A DNA stretch of 64,000 bases from a virus: positions 40,468-104,467 of the IMG/VR virus record IMGVR_UViG_3300008954_002609; one strand, given 5' to 3'. Below are positions 10,914 to 22,253 of this stretch, one piece after another (within the stretch, counting starts at the first letter, position 1; every line of letters begins with the position of its first letter). A program made the translations under genes and the position numbers. The notes beneath the pieces are model-generated. The model was not told the origin of the DNA and did not search any database. It saw only the letters and a list, made by a program, of their open reading frames with translations.

Positions 10914-13900
10914 TTAGTCTCCTAATAAATTATTTATACTATCGCGCAAATCTTGTGCCTGCTCTTCTTCCGGGTCGGATTTGCCAGCTGGCTTATTGTC
11001 ATCGCATACCTTAAATACTTGTTCAGGATCTTTTTTAAGCCTATCTCTGTATCTTTCTCCTGACATTTCTGATAATCCCATAGCCAGTAGCCCAAAAGGT
11101 GTCAAAAATGACCCGTATCTGTCGCTGGTCCTCTTTGTTATCGAGTTCTCTATTCTTGTTGTGATGGTTAGCAAATCCCCTGCCCCATCTATTAACAGTG
11201 GTATGCCCGCGCCCGGTGGTATCATACTCATCCCAGCTGCTATTTTTCCTGCCGCTACTGCAGTATCTATTGGTCCTTGTATGTTCATTGGGACAAAAGT
11301 CTTTTTCGGGGTAAAACCGTTTTTGACTGAGAGGTCGGCGGTGGACAACTCTCCAGATTCAATGGACAAGGACTGTATGTTTAGACCTGCCTTTGTGTTT
11401 CGTGGGTTCTTATCAAATGTCTTTTTAAGATCCTTGTATGCAGGATCTAATCCGCCGGCAACAGTCCTCACCAACCTAGGGATGAATGTCTTAAACATTT
11501 TTTCAACAATTTTACTTATATCTGGGATACTCTGCATCGCTGCATCTCCAAGACCAGTGGATGTCTGGTCAGAAGTTAGTAGATTGTAACTTGAGGCTCC
11601 ACCTAAAGGTAATTGATTAGAAGCAGTGTTAATGTCCGTGTCACCTAATGCTTGAACCATCTTCTGAGTTAGCTTTCTTGTTGGCATAAAAATTTGTACC
11701 AGATCCGGAGATAGGTCGAACATGCTTTGGATATAAATCGTATACATCTCCTGATACCTGTCTAGAGGAAATACGAAGTCGAAAAAGTACCTCATATTAA
11801 ACCCTGGCTCCTCGACCAGTGACCTTTTGCCGTTGTCTTCTATATATTCTCCGAGTCCCAGGGCGTTCCTTATCGCATTATCATCCACCTTGTTTAAGAG
11901 TTTCCGCAACCTATCCAGGTGGACCCCTTCCGTGGCTTCTATTTGGTCTTGGCTGGGATTACCTAAATCTAAAAATGCACGAGGCTCAAACATGGCTTCT
12001 ACTTCTTTAAATATTTCGCGGTGGCATGATGGCCACTGTTCGGAAGCTATAGGGGTTGGAAACATAAGACCAATTGGTTGCGCTGTAACCTGGTTGATCC
12101 CCAGAGCACCACCCAATTCAGGCATGATCACTCTAAATCCACCATCGCCGCCTGCTTCTGCGGCTACACCCAAGCCGGTTGTCCAATATGCAACATTAAC
12201 GAACGGGACCCCATATACGAATTCTGCTCTAAACTTACCGTAGTCGTTTGTGGATGTATCAGGGTGTATCTCAAGTGCCGGTGATGGTGTAAACGTCTCA
12301 TGAAGCCAATTTTTTGCCAACCTCCTCACTTTCTGTTCTTCCTCCGCATTGCCGGCATTAAAGTCAGTGAAAAATTTCAACTGTGCTTCTCGTCTGCCTG
12401 ACCTGTGTGGAGTCGTAGTCCCTATATAAGCCCTGTTCTTGGCAACCAACTCTGATTTAGGAACAAATTTATGTTCCAGGCGAAGACCGGGATTGATCAT
12501 ACTATTTACGTTTACCCCGGCCCAATAAGACCAATCAGTCATGATATTAGAGCCTAGCAGGGAAAACTCATCGATAGTGTTTGGAGTTTCAATGTCAGCG
12601 TTATCATGGAGGTTTAATGTGCGTCGTTGGGCACCAATGAAGTCTCTATACATGTCTGGATCAAGTGCCTCGATTGGGTCTGGGTCGCCCATTGAACTGA
12701 GTATCTTTTTTGCCATTTGTTCTGCTAATTCGCTCGGGGTGGCATCGACCACCTCAAATGTACCGTCCTCATTCTGAACTGATTTAAAGGGTCTAAAATC
12801 TATTCCTGTCATTTTACCTGGACAAAATACCAACCTAATTCCCCTGAATGTATTAAATGCGTTTTCTACGATTTCCCGCTTTATCTGTTTTGCCAGAGCA
12901 ACCAAATTTGCCTTGCCCTCATTCATTCCCTGATTTCCAACAGGAATGCCATCTTCTGCCCGTATTATGCTTTGGATAAATAATAACAAATCAAGGTGTT
13001 CGTCTCGGTTGAATACCCCCTCATAACACCTCCAGGTCCTCCTCTTTTCAAGAAATGGGAAATATAACTCAGGTAATGACGGGGAATTTGCGTTTGGACC
13101 CAAAGTGGCGACGGCTTCTTGTATAAGATTATGTTCCAATATTTGACTCAGGGATCCCTTGATCCTGTTCTGAATAAATTCTTCTGAGAATTTATAGTAC
13201 TTTTCTAAGTAAAATTTGCCTTGCTCATATTCTCTCAGGTCTGATAAAGTGGTCCCTCCGAAGATCCTCGGTCCTGAATCGTGAGATTTATGCAACGGCA
13301 ACAGACCTCTGTACTGGTCAATGCCGTTTAACCGCATTGCCTCTCTGTTTTCAGGGTTTGGTCTGATGCTCTCGCGAGACACTACTTCTGTGGCTGTTTC
13401 TGAAAGTTCGTTGAAAAACTCTTCTTTGAGAGACTTAAAAGAAGGAGAGAATATTCTATCTATGGTATCGCTCATGTCTTCGCTATCCAACACTACGTCT
13501 AATATATTCTTTACAGCTGCTCGTATATTACTGTCATTTCCCACCTTCCTCACCTCTTCAAGGAAGGGATTTCCATCAATTCCGGCGGAGCTTGCTGCCT
13601 CGTGACCCCAATTGCCGGCAATGGTGGCTACGAAATAGTCATGTATATAGTCTGAGATTATTTCAGATTTTAATATTTCACTTGCCGAATATGCAGAAAA
13701 TACATACATTCCCTTTAAAACAAATTCCAAAACATAGGTCTTGACATAGAAGATAACCAACTGAGAAATCATGCCCTCTTCAAGTGGACCAGGCTTTGAA
13801 AAGTCTCTATTTTCTGGTTTGTTGTTTTTATTTCCTAGTGACTTCTTATATTTTGACAACATATCCTTTCTCATTTGATCAAAATTTATAACACCTTCAT

Positions 13901-16900
13901 TTGACACATAACATGACTTTTCTTCGTTTCGCAAAAACTCAGATGATATGAAATCTCCAAAATCTTCTACTATGTTTTTATCAAAGAAAATTGATTCACT
14001 AATGGATTCCGATATTTTTTCTAAAAAGTATTGGGACATCATGCCATAAGCACCGATTTCTGTGGCGGATGCCGTGGATGAATCAGACTTGCCAGTGCCC
14101 ACAAGCTTGGTCCAAATGCTGTTTCTGAATCCGTCCACTTCTTCGGATGATATATCTGTCTCGTCTTGCTCCAACACGGATTGCCAAGAAGCACAAAATA
14201 TTTCCGCAAAAGCGTTTGGTCTCAATAGCTTTTCCTCATTTGGTGCAAGCCTGATATCTCTCGCGGATCGTCGTAATCCTAGGAACTCTTCCGGTATTTC
14301 GCTTCTATATGTCTTACCCTTCCAATCATTAAACAACAGTCTACTTGGGCGATGGAAATTATAACAATCTTTTATATTGTCAGAGGAAACAAAAGGGATT
14401 TCCTGATATAAAATGCTTTGATTAGAAATAGGCGCATCTGTACTCTCTAAAATATCAAAAATATTAGTTGGCAAAGCTATCTTTATTTCAAAATTCTTTG
14501 TTTCCCCCACTCTCAAGGGAGCCTCTGGATTTATTTGAACTGGAGTTTCGTCGTCGTTGTCGTCGTCCTCCATCGCTGGTGGAATAGTGGCGGCATGATA
14601 GCCCAGTCCGAGGTCGTATGCTGGATATTGAGCTGGCGAAGCGAGAATTGTATCGTCCGAGTTAACAAGCAAGCGTTTGAGCCAAGGGACGGGAACTGCA
14701 TCGTCTAGCATGTTTCTCATAGGAAATTGCATTATATGAGACAATTCCATTTGGTCCTGTCTTTCAGCTAGATTGTAGAACTTTGGCTTTCCACCGCGAG
14801 AAGCCCTTATTTGAAGGAGTCTATTTCTACTCTCCTCCATCTTTAAGCGATAATATGCGTGAGTATCTGGCTGTAAATCGGCTCTGTCTCCGCCAGTGGC
14901 AAGTCTCATTCTATCGTTGCCTCGTATTTCCGTTACTCGCTCTAGGGCTGCCATCTCCCGAACATGTTGTGCTTCTGCTTCCTCCAGGAGGGCTTCTATA
15001 TCGTCAGCTGTCTCCATCGCACCGTAGCACTGGTACCCTATTGGATTAGCGTCTTTGTCCACCTCTAGGGCAGCGCCGGGCTTTTGAATTCTCCCTCCAC
15101 CTTCTTGCATGGCTCTTAGTTTGTTTTTCAAAAATGCAATTGCATTCCTCGCGGGCTGGTGAAATAAATAATATGTTTCAAAAATTCGTATTATCCAGAA
15201 GACTTTGTTTCCGTTGTTGCGGTTGAGGACGGCTTTTGTTATCTGTATATCATCCGCCTCTGAACTATCGGTTTGGAGCCAATTTTCCGCATCCATATCA
15301 TCATCCAAGGCAAGCATTCCACGACTTAAGGAATATCTCACTGGGGCGGTGGCGTTGCCTGCCTGGGCGCGTTGCTCGTGAACCCTATCGAAGATTGATT
15401 CTATGTGAAAGTCAGGATTGATACCGCCGTCGTCATTGAGATAACCATTATTGTTCATTCGCAAGCCGCCCTGCTCTTCTGGGAAGAAGCCATTTTTGTC
15501 TCGTTCAATTTGCTGTGCGTAGCTAGCCAACACATCCGATTCACGGTTTCTAGAAGTATCCTTAAGTTCTTGTAATTGTTTTTTTAGAAATTCATATTCT
15601 GCTGCTTCTATAGGGTTAAAACCTGCTTCGCCGGGTTCTTTCTGTTTCGACACCATGTCGAATAATGATGGCACAAAACTAGAAATGTCCATTTTAAAGG
15701 CTATTGCGACATTATCCATAAGAGCTTTCGAGGCTAAATCAGCCATCTTGTTAGTCTCTGGAGCATCGTAGGGTCCTGGTAAGTTGCCATCGAAAAAGCC
15801 CGCAAGAGGATCCCTATCGAATAGGTCCTTCAAGGAAGCCCTCCTCTTCTCAGCAGATACAAGCGCCTCTGCTATTTCTTCTGGTGTAGCATTTTGACCC
15901 TCAAGTCGTTGTCTCAGTGAGGGATTTCCATCGGGACATAGGTCTCCCAGTATTATTTCTGATGAATTAGCAAGCTTTGCGCAAAGGGCTGGGTCTACAA
16001 AATTTCCTAAGATTTCAAAAAATTCTTGTATCTCCGCTTCGCTTGTTAGGAAATTCTTTATATTAGAGTAATGATTATCTATTAGATTCTTTGTTATCGT
16101 CAACGTTTCAAAGCCGGCTGCGCCTTCGAGCAAAGCACACATTTCGGGCGGGGTTAATGCTAACGCCAAAGCGTCGAACAGATCTGCTAAGTCGGAAAAG
16201 GACCCTACCGGGATGTTCATTCTTTCCAAGGACTGTGCTGCCTTTTTCATCAGTTCTAGTTTTTTATCTGTCCCCTCTTTAGATCCAAAGGCATCTTCCC
16301 ACACAGCGGCACCATAATCCAGCAAATCTTGACAACTTGGTAGACCTACACTTCCTATTAGATCAAGTATTCCCCTGACTATCCCACACAAAAAAGCAAT
16401 CAACAGATCCAATAAAGCAGCCTCAATCATGGGTATCATTATAGCCAAAGGGTCCCACCTAGGAATATCTGGCAGAGTCGGAAGACTAAAATCAAAATCC
16501 CACTTAAAACTTATTGGCCAAGGGATGTCGGGAATACAGGAAGCGTAACTACAGAACAACATTTCAAAATCAAATTTGTCCAAAAATTCCTGGTATAGCT
16601 CCTCTAGAGTACATAAGTCTTCTTTAGGGACCGGATCAATAATAGAATAAGTTTTGCCCCTCTCGAACCTTATTAGCTTTCCCCGCAAGGCGTTGGAGGT
16701 GGGGTTCTTGCCATCTAAATTATAATCCTCATTCAGCCTGTCCTCATATGTCTTTATTTGGCTTTCCAACTTTATGATTTCTTTGCTTACGCTCGATGTA
16801 TCTATTTCAAAAATTCCGCCGGTTGACTTCAGTACAACAACAAAAGGACTCGTATACTTCTGTATGTTTGTGAACATTGCCTCATCTGGAGTTTCTACCA

Positions 16901-19900
16901 AATCTAGAGCTTCAACAAAACAATTCTCTTCTGACTCAAGGGCTGCCTCGTACAAGTCATGCAAATTGGCTAGAAAATTCATTGTCTTCGGAAAATTCCA
17001 GGGAGGCTTTTCTAATATTGCTGGATATCCCTGCATTAGATCTTGCTTGGGTTTTCTGCCGGTACGCTCATAAGATATTCTAAGAGGCACTGCTCCGGAC
17101 CTGTCCACAATCATTTCTCTCTTACTTATTTTTCTTGCACTAACTGTTTCATCAAAGTGAATGGATAACCAATCTTTTGGCTTTGATTTTGCAATTCCAT
17201 TTTTTTGCAGGTACCTCTTTACGGCGGCTTTTACTGATCTAAGATTTTCTGACTCTTTCTTGAAGTTTATATAAGGATCAAGTCTTCCGCCTTCCAGTTG
17301 AAATATCGCGATGTCCCTGGCGTATTTTAGAAACATATCCGAGACCTTGTCTATCATCTTCTCGAACTCGTCCATAGGATAACTGACGTCAACAGGGAAG
17401 CTTTCCATATCGCGTTCGCGTGCCCTCAGCTGTGTTCTTCTTGCTAGCTCTTGTGCATTAGATAATGGCAGACCCTTACTAGCGCCCGTCAAGCCTTGAA
17501 TTTCCGCCTCCCTGGAGTATTTCTTTGTCGCTCTAAGTGCGGATTTTGCGCCGGATTTAGCAGCCTCTTTCTTGTTTTGTGAAGCCCATTTCAAGCCAGC
17601 GCGGGCTGACTTCTCTGCATTATCAATTGCTTCTTCAGCGCGGTTCAACTCACTGTTCATTCGTTCACGAGCTTCCCTAGCTGCCTCAGACATTCTCTCT
17701 GGGGCGTTCTCTACAAAATCCGCAACCCTCTTTGCAGTTTGTCTAGCCTTCTCTATTGTCTCTCCTATCGTCATCGCACGATACGACCCAGGAGGATAGG
17801 TAATTTCCTTGAACATTTTCTTTCTTAGTCGTATTATAAACTTAAACGTAGAGCCTGGTCTCGGAGTTGGGCTTTGAATTTTATGTATCGATGCGAATAT
17901 TGGTCTAGCGCCAGGCTTCAGAGATTGACCAAACAAAACGTCTACAGGTTTTGGCGACTCTCTCATAGCAGCCTCCAGATCAACATCAGAAGTCTCGTCA
18001 GGATCAGGAGGAGGAATTGGTGGAATCTGCAAATTGTCTGACAGACTTTGACTTTCTATTGTCATCGTGAATCTCTTACTAGAATCGAATTCAGACAAAG
18101 AGTCTATTCTGGTCTGATAAGATAACAAATCCGCATAAGCTTCCTTGTGTTCCTCAACACTTCCCTTTATTTCCCACGAAGTATCTTTTCTATAAAAATC
18201 AAAGATCTGGGCTACACCGTTTCTCAATGCAGATTCGCTGTTGTTCTTTAGGAAAAGAGAATAAGATTCGGGATTCATCGAATTTACTTCTTTCCTGGTC
18301 GTATTCGTGAAGTATGCATGATAAATATAGTCCCCATCTTCCCACGGTTCCGTGGGGGTGTCACCCACTTGCCTGTCAGTTAGGGACTCTACGGTACTGC
18401 TTGAGGTTCCAGTGATTCCTCCGCTTATACCTTCAAGGAAGTCCATTGCCTCCGTTGCGGCGGCTCTCAACCCTCCCCTATACATAAACAAATATGTTGG
18501 GGTATCAACAATTCCAATTTGCTGATTGAAATCTTGGCTCGGTGTATTCGAGTACCTACTGGTTTTTTCCTTATCTTCGGATGGAGAAATTCCCTGCATT
18601 ATATTTATGAGTTGTAGCTGATTTTCTTTCTGAAGTCTCGATAAAGCTTTTTTTGTATCCTCGTCAAAATAATCATCAATGCCAAGTTTTGTATCGAGAA
18701 GGTCTTTCAGATAATACTTGATTATCAAAGTCTGAATACTTTTTGTGCCCTTCTTTATTGGTAGGTTGAATTCTATACTTCTATTTTTGTTGTCGACAAG
18801 AATAAATCTCTTATTATTTAGTGCACTCTGAACCTCTGGATTAGCTCTTATCCTTCTAGTTGTTTCTGGACCTGTAGCTACTTCTGGGTCGCCAACTATG
18901 CTCTGAACACCTTGATCTGCTTCTGCCGCCATTGATTCATATTCTTCCCTCATCGGGTCAAGAAGTTCTCGATGGGCGTTAACTCGCTGAATGAGGAGGT
19001 TTCTCATCTGCTCGTCTGTAAATCTGTTGATCCTTCTCTCTATGATATCTAATCTATTCGTGGTTTCCAGTATTCCACTTAAAACCTCACGTATTGTTGA
19101 ATCAGGAGACGAAGCAAGCTCTTGGAGTTCTTGTATCGTCTCTTCAAAATCCAACAACCTAGACTCCACTTCTGCCTTCTGGACTTCTTGTTCAGCGGAT
19201 TCCAGAATAGCCCTTGAGTGCATCTTTAATTGCCGCTGTGGAGTGAACGTTGCTGTGGGGTGTGGTTTACCTTCTGTGTAAAAATTGTGATCCGTATATA
19301 CAACGTTGATAGAAATTATCTTGTCCCAGTCGTCGTTCAAAGGTTCTGTTCTTACATTTATGTGGTTTATTCCATAAGCTGCGATCTCGGGATCTAATCT
19401 AATAAGGTTTCTCCTTACTGGATCAGTGCTCCTGGGGTCTGATGAAAATAATTTCCAATAGTTTATCAGCCTGTCTATCTCCCTCTCTACTGGCTGGAGT
19501 GGTGTAGACGTAGCCGTACCGTCATAAGAAGACTCATTATAGCCATCTTGTGCCCTCAACACAAAGCCTTCTTCCCATGCATCCGAAACTCTGTTCCACT
19601 CTTCTACAATATCGGCTGATACTGTGCCACGGTGGGCTCTCCTGGTTTGGTTCCCCAGTTCACCTTGCCAATTGTATCTTATTATTGTCTCGTCATTTGT
19701 GGCTGTGACCGCCTCAATTACAATATTATACCTTTCCCTTATTGCCTGATCTTCCTCCTCAAGCCTCGCATCCAAAGCTGGGTTTGACATTAGGGATTTT
19801 CTTATCTCTGTTAAAGAAGTCAATAATTCAGAAACTGTCCCTAATCTTGCCACGATCATATTGTTTAGAGATGGGTCTGTAGATCTACTAGAAGCCTCTC

Positions 19901-20387
19901 TCCTTCTTGCATCCTGCAAATAAGGCGGAGGAGGATCTAAGAGTATCTTGTTTTCCATATCAAACAAGACAGAACGAAAAGCCTCGTCTTCAGAAATATT
20001 AGACGGATCTCCATATCCCCTGTAACGCTCAGAATATGTTTTAACTGATATAGGGTCATACCTCTGTCTACGACCAGTTACCGGATCTGGAGGTCCTGGC
20101 AAGGCAAGGGCAGTAAACTCTGTTTCGAGAATCATCATCAGCCCGCCGTCATTCATCGGATCATCTATTGGAACAATATTCAAATAATCACTTCTTGTTA
20201 ATGCTTGGTTCCATTCTAGGTCTCTACGGGTACCCGGTTCTATATCGAACTGCTGATGGGATACGTGAGTTAATCTCTGCTCCTCTGTAGGCGCACCTGT
20301 ATCCAACATCCTGGCTGTTGGCTCCCTAAGTAGCCTGCCTATAAGTTGGGTGAATATTCCCCTCTGTTCTTCTCTAGTATAACTCAT
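10914..20387 (-). CDS. Giant 3157-aa virion-associated protein (coiled coils, PG-binding-like motif, hydrophobic segment)
   Basis: Uninterrupted 9.5-kb ORF inside the baseplate module; LGIDDYFDEDTKKALSRLQKEN resembles PG_binding_1; function not recognised. Confidence 0.6.
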   Translation of the reverse strand: MSYTREEQRGIFTQLIGRLLREPTARMLDTGAPTEEQRLTHVSHQQFDIEPGTRRDLEWNQALTRSDYLNIVPIDDPMNDGGLMMILETEFTALALPGPPDPVTGRRQRYDPISVKTYSERYRGYGDPSNISEDEAFRSVLFDMENKILLDPPPPYLQDARRREASSRSTDPSLNNMIVARLGTVSELLTSLTEIRKSLMSNPALDARLEEEDQAIRERYNIVIEAVTATNDETIIRYNWQGELGNQTRRAHRGTVSADIVEEWNRVSDAWEEGFVLRAQDGYNESSYDGTATSTPLQPVEREIDRLINYWKLFSSDPRSTDPVRRNLIRLDPEIAAYGINHINVRTEPLNDDWDKIISINVVYTDHNFYTEGKPHPTATFTPQRQLKMHSRAILESAEQEVQKAEVESRLLDFEETIQELQELASSPDSTIREVLSGILETTNRLDIIERRINRFTDEQMRNLLIQRVNAHRELLDPMREEYESMAAEADQGVQSIVGDPEVATGPETTRRIRANPEVQSALNNKRFILVDNKNRSIEFNLPIKKGTKSIQTLIIKYYLKDLLDTKLGIDDYFDEDTKKALSRLQKENQLQLINIMQGISPSEDKEKTSRYSNTPSQDFNQQIGIVDTPTYLFMYRGGLRAAATEAMDFLEGISGGITGTSSSTVESLTDRQVGDTPTEPWEDGDYIYHAYFTNTTRKEVNSMNPESYSLFLKNNSESALRNGVAQIFDFYRKDTSWEIKGSVEEHKEAYADLLSYQTRIDSLSEFDSSKRFTMTIESQSLSDNLQIPPIPPPDPDETSDVDLEAAMRESPKPVDVLFGQSLKPGARPIFASIHKIQSPTPRPGSTFKFIIRLRKKMFKEITYPPGSYRAMTIGETIEKARQTAKRVADFVENAPERMSEAAREARERMNSELNRAEEAIDNAEKSARAGLKWASQNKKEAAKSGAKSALRATKKYSREAEIQGLTGASKGLPLSNAQELARRTQLRARERDMESFPVDVSYPMDEFEKMIDKVSDMFLKYARDIAIFQLEGGRLDPYINFKKESENLRSVKAAVKRYLQKNGIAKSKPKDWLSIHFDETVSARKISKREMIVDRSGAVPLRISYERTGRKPKQDLMQGYPAILEKPPWNFPKTMNFLANLHDLYEAALESEENCFVEALDLVETPDEAMFTNIQKYTSPFVVVLKSTGGIFEIDTSSVSKEIIKLESQIKTYEDRLNEDYNLDGKNPTSNALRGKLIRFERGKTYSIIDPVPKEDLCTLEELYQEFLDKFDFEMLFCSYASCIPDIPWPISFKWDFDFSLPTLPDIPRWDPLAIMIPMIEAALLDLLIAFLCGIVRGILDLIGSVGLPSCQDLLDYGAAVWEDAFGSKEGTDKKLELMKKAAQSLERMNIPVGSFSDLADLFDALALALTPPEMCALLEGAAGFETLTITKNLIDNHYSNIKNFLTSEAEIQEFFEILGNFVDPALCAKLANSSEIILGDLCPDGNPSLRQRLEGQNATPEEIAEALVSAEKRRASLKDLFDRDPLAGFFDGNLPGPYDAPETNKMADLASKALMDNVAIAFKMDISSFVPSLFDMVSKQKEPGEAGFNPIEAAEYEFLKKQLQELKDTSRNRESDVLASYAQQIERDKNGFFPEEQGGLRMNNNGYLNDDGGINPDFHIESIFDRVHEQRAQAGNATAPVRYSLSRGMLALDDDMDAENWLQTDSSEADDIQITKAVLNRNNGNKVFWIIRIFETYYLFHQPARNAIAFLKNKLRAMQEGGGRIQKPGAALEVDKDANPIGYQCYGAMETADDIEALLEEAEAQHVREMAALERVTEIRGNDRMRLATGGDRADLQPDTHAYYRLKMEESRNRLLQIRASRGGKPKFYNLAERQDQMELSHIMQFPMRNMLDDAVPVPWLKRLLVNSDDTILASPAQYPAYDLGLGYHAATIPPAMEDDDNDDETPVQINPEAPLRVGETKNFEIKIALPTNIFDILESTDAPISNQSILYQEIPFVSSDNIKDCYNFHRPSRLLFNDWKGKTYRSEIPEEFLGLRRSARDIRLAPNEEKLLRPNAFAEIFCASWQSVLEQDETDISSEEVDGFRNSIWTKLVGTGKSDSSTASATEIGAYGMMSQYFLEKISESISESIFFDKNIVEDFGDFISSEFLRNEEKSCYVSNEGVINFDQMRKDMLSKYKKSLGNKNNKPENRDFSKPGPLEEGMISQLVIFYVKTYVLEFVLKGMYVFSAYSASEILKSEIISDYIHDYFVATIAGNWGHEAASSAGIDGNPFLEEVRKVGNDSNIRAAVKNILDVVLDSEDMSDTIDRIFSPSFKSLKEEFFNELSETATEVVSRESIRPNPENREAMRLNGIDQYRGLLPLHKSHDSGPRIFGGTTLSDLREYEQGKFYLEKYYKFSEEFIQNRIKGSLSQILEHNLIQEAVATLGPNANSPSLPELYFPFLEKRRTWRCYEGVFNRDEHLDLLLFIQSIIRAEDGIPVGNQGMNEGKANLVALAKQIKREIVENAFNTFRGIRLVFCPGKMTGIDFRPFKSVQNEDGTFEVVDATPSELAEQMAKKILSSMGDPDPIEALDPDMYRDFIGAQRRTLNLHDNADIETPNTIDEFSLLGSNIMTDWSYWAGVNVNSMINPGLRLEHKFVPKSELVAKNRAYIGTTTPHRSGRREAQLKFFTDFNAGNAEEEQKVRRLAKNWLHETFTPSPALEIHPDTSTNDYGKFRAEFVYGVPFVNVAYWTTGLGVAAEAGGDGGFRVIMPELGGALGINQVTAQPIGLMFPTPIASEQWPSCHREIFKEVEAMFEPRAFLDLGNPSQDQIEATEGVHLDRLRKLLNKVDDNAIRNALGLGEYIEDNGKRSLVEEPGFNMRYFFDFVFPLDRYQEMYTIYIQSMFDLSPDLVQIFMPTRKLTQKMVQALGDTDINTASNQLPLGGASSYNLLTSDQTSTGLGDAAMQSIPDISKIVEKMFKTFIPRLVRTVAGGLDPAYKDLKKTFDKNPRNTKAGLNIQSLSIESGELSTADLSVKNGFTPKKTFVPMNIQGPIDTAVAAGKIAAGMSMIPPGAGIPLLIDGAGDLLTITTRIENSITKRTSDRYGSFLTPFGLLAMGLSEMSGERYRDRLKKDPEQVFKVCDDNKPAGKSDPEEEQAQDLRDSINNLLGD

Positions 20388-20409
20388 TTAACTAATTACT
20401 TACTTCCCG

Positions 20410-22242
20410 TTAATTAACATTATTGTATTTACTTCTTATTGACTTTTTTGCACCTGCTCTAGTATACTGGTATCTCCACTTATTTATATTCCATTTTCCT
20501 GCTGCACTAGAAAAAGTGTCTATACTTGCAAGTTTCGCAACATCCGTAGCGCAAAGAACCGCAAGCGAAGGAGATGGGGACGTGGGTCCAGGTCCAGCTG
20601 TAATATGGATGTGCGTGCCCAAAGCAGCCTCCAAGATAGCTATGTGCTTTATTATCGATTGAACTGCGCCGACCGTTTCGCTTAGTATTTCTGACAGGTC
20701 ATTTACACATTCCACCATATTATTTCCTAAAATCATCGGCTGAAGTTCCGAACCCTTATACTGTCCGTTTCCTGCTATGATATCTACGCCCTTCCTAGCT
20801 GTCATCAAACCACCCTGAGAATTGTATCCATCTACTCCGGTTATCAATTTAATCCCCTCTCTGGCTATTACACGAACGCCGTCCGCTTTGAGGGCGATGG
20901 CAGAGCGAGGATTAGAATCCTTCTGGATAGGTTTTTCTTCGTTGTTTCCGATGCGACCAGGGGCAAGCCTAAAATTTTGATCTACATAAGTTTTTTGACT
21001 CAAATAAATTCTAGCAGCATCCATCGCTGGCGATCCCGCACGACCTGTGGTTCCTGGATCTCTAGCTGTATTGAAAATGGGGTCCACAGTCATTGGTTTG
21101 TTTTTTCTATCTACTGCTCTCGGATTAGGACTCATTCTTCCTACGACAATATCTATTGCTCCGCATTGTGTATTTCCCTTGCCACCGAAGCCGCTGCCAA
21201 GATTGTCAGTCCTGTCCCTACCTAAGACAATCCAAGAATTATATCTATTTGATATAACCTTCTCTGTCTTTGCTTGTCTAAAATCTGGCACCGGGTCCAA
21301 CATGTGATCTCCGTAAGTACCTGAGCTTTTTATCTTTTCGTCTTCCGATAGACCCTCTAAGCTCTCCATCTGCTCCTTAGACGCCCCCTCTTGCTGGACT
21401 GACTTCTTCACCTTTGGTACTACCGGCTTCTTTATTTGGGGGGGACTATCTGGACTCGTAGCGGGGGCATCGTCGTCGCAAGGCTTTAGGTTTTTATTTT
21501 TTTTAGCTTTCTTCTTACTCTCATCGATAACCATTTCATAAACGTTTCCGCGAAGGTTTATCGTATTAATATCTATGTTTTCCCTAATCTCCCTGTCTGT
21601 GTCGGCGGCGCACAATGGGCGAGTGGGTCGCTGTGCTGGTGGTGGTGGTTCTACTGAAAAGTCGGATCCGGCGACCATAAACTTGTTTTTAAGATCCTCT
21701 CCGTATATCCTCAATAATTCCGCTCGCTCTTCTCCTGAGCCGTCGACAAAATCATCCAGTTCAAAATAATCTAATTGGTCAACAATATCTGGTGGCGTGC
21801 CGGCAGAGGGCACAACCGATAGTGTAGTAGGTTGATCTTCATCTTCGAAATTTCGTATTTCTCTATCTATTGCTGCGTCGGTTTGAGCGCCCGCTGTGGC
21901 CGCGTCCCTCATGGTCGTGGTGCGCCCCTCTATCGCAAGGCTTCCGTCTGCTTTTGTCACGACTATTGGTCTTGTTATGTCATCTCTTCTGTCTACTATC
22001 TCTTCCACACTCCTCGCTTCTTCGAGGTCTGACATGGGTGCCTCTGGAAATCCCTCTGATGTGTATGAGAAATCTTGATATTGCCCTTTTATTCTTTCTC
22101 TTGCCTCTACGAGTCCTTGATAGTTGGGAGCAATGGACATAGTCTCTTCTTTTAAAATGGCTCCAGTAGCAGGATCATAGATTACTATCCTGATATCTTG
22201 ATTTGAATTATTTTTTATATGGGCTTTTACAATGTCAACCAT
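20410..22242 (-). CDS. Baseplate central spike/hub protein (gpV/gp138/gp5-like C-terminus)
   Basis: Beta-repeat region (ARIYLSQK..SAIALKADGVRVIAREGIKLIT) followed by THIHITAGPGPTSPS, an HxH metal-binding apex motif typical of phage spikes. Confidence 0.65.
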   Translation of the reverse strand: MVDIVKAHIKNNSNQDIRIVIYDPATGAILKEETMSIAPNYQGLVEARERIKGQYQDFSYTSEGFPEAPMSDLEEARSVEEIVDRRDDITRPIVVTKADGSLAIEGRTTTMRDAATAGAQTDAAIDREIRNFEDEDQPTTLSVVPSAGTPPDIVDQLDYFELDDFVDGSGEERAELLRIYGEDLKNKFMVAGSDFSVEPPPPAQRPTRPLCAADTDREIRENIDINTINLRGNVYEMVIDESKKKAKKNKNLKPCDDDAPATSPDSPPQIKKPVVPKVKKSVQQEGASKEQMESLEGLSEDEKIKSSGTYGDHMLDPVPDFRQAKTEKVISNRYNSWIVLGRDRTDNLGSGFGGKGNTQCGAIDIVVGRMSPNPRAVDRKNKPMTVDPIFNTARDPGTTGRAGSPAMDAARIYLSQKTYVDQNFRLAPGRIGNNEEKPIQKDSNPRSAIALKADGVRVIAREGIKLITGVDGYNSQGGLMTARKGVDIIAGNGQYKGSELQPMILGNNMVECVNDLSEILSETVGAVQSIIKHIAILEAALGTHIHITAGPGPTSPSPSLAVLCATDVAKLASIDTFSSAAGKWNINKWRYQYTRAGAKKSIRSKYNNVN

Positions 22243-22253
22243 TCTCTATATTC

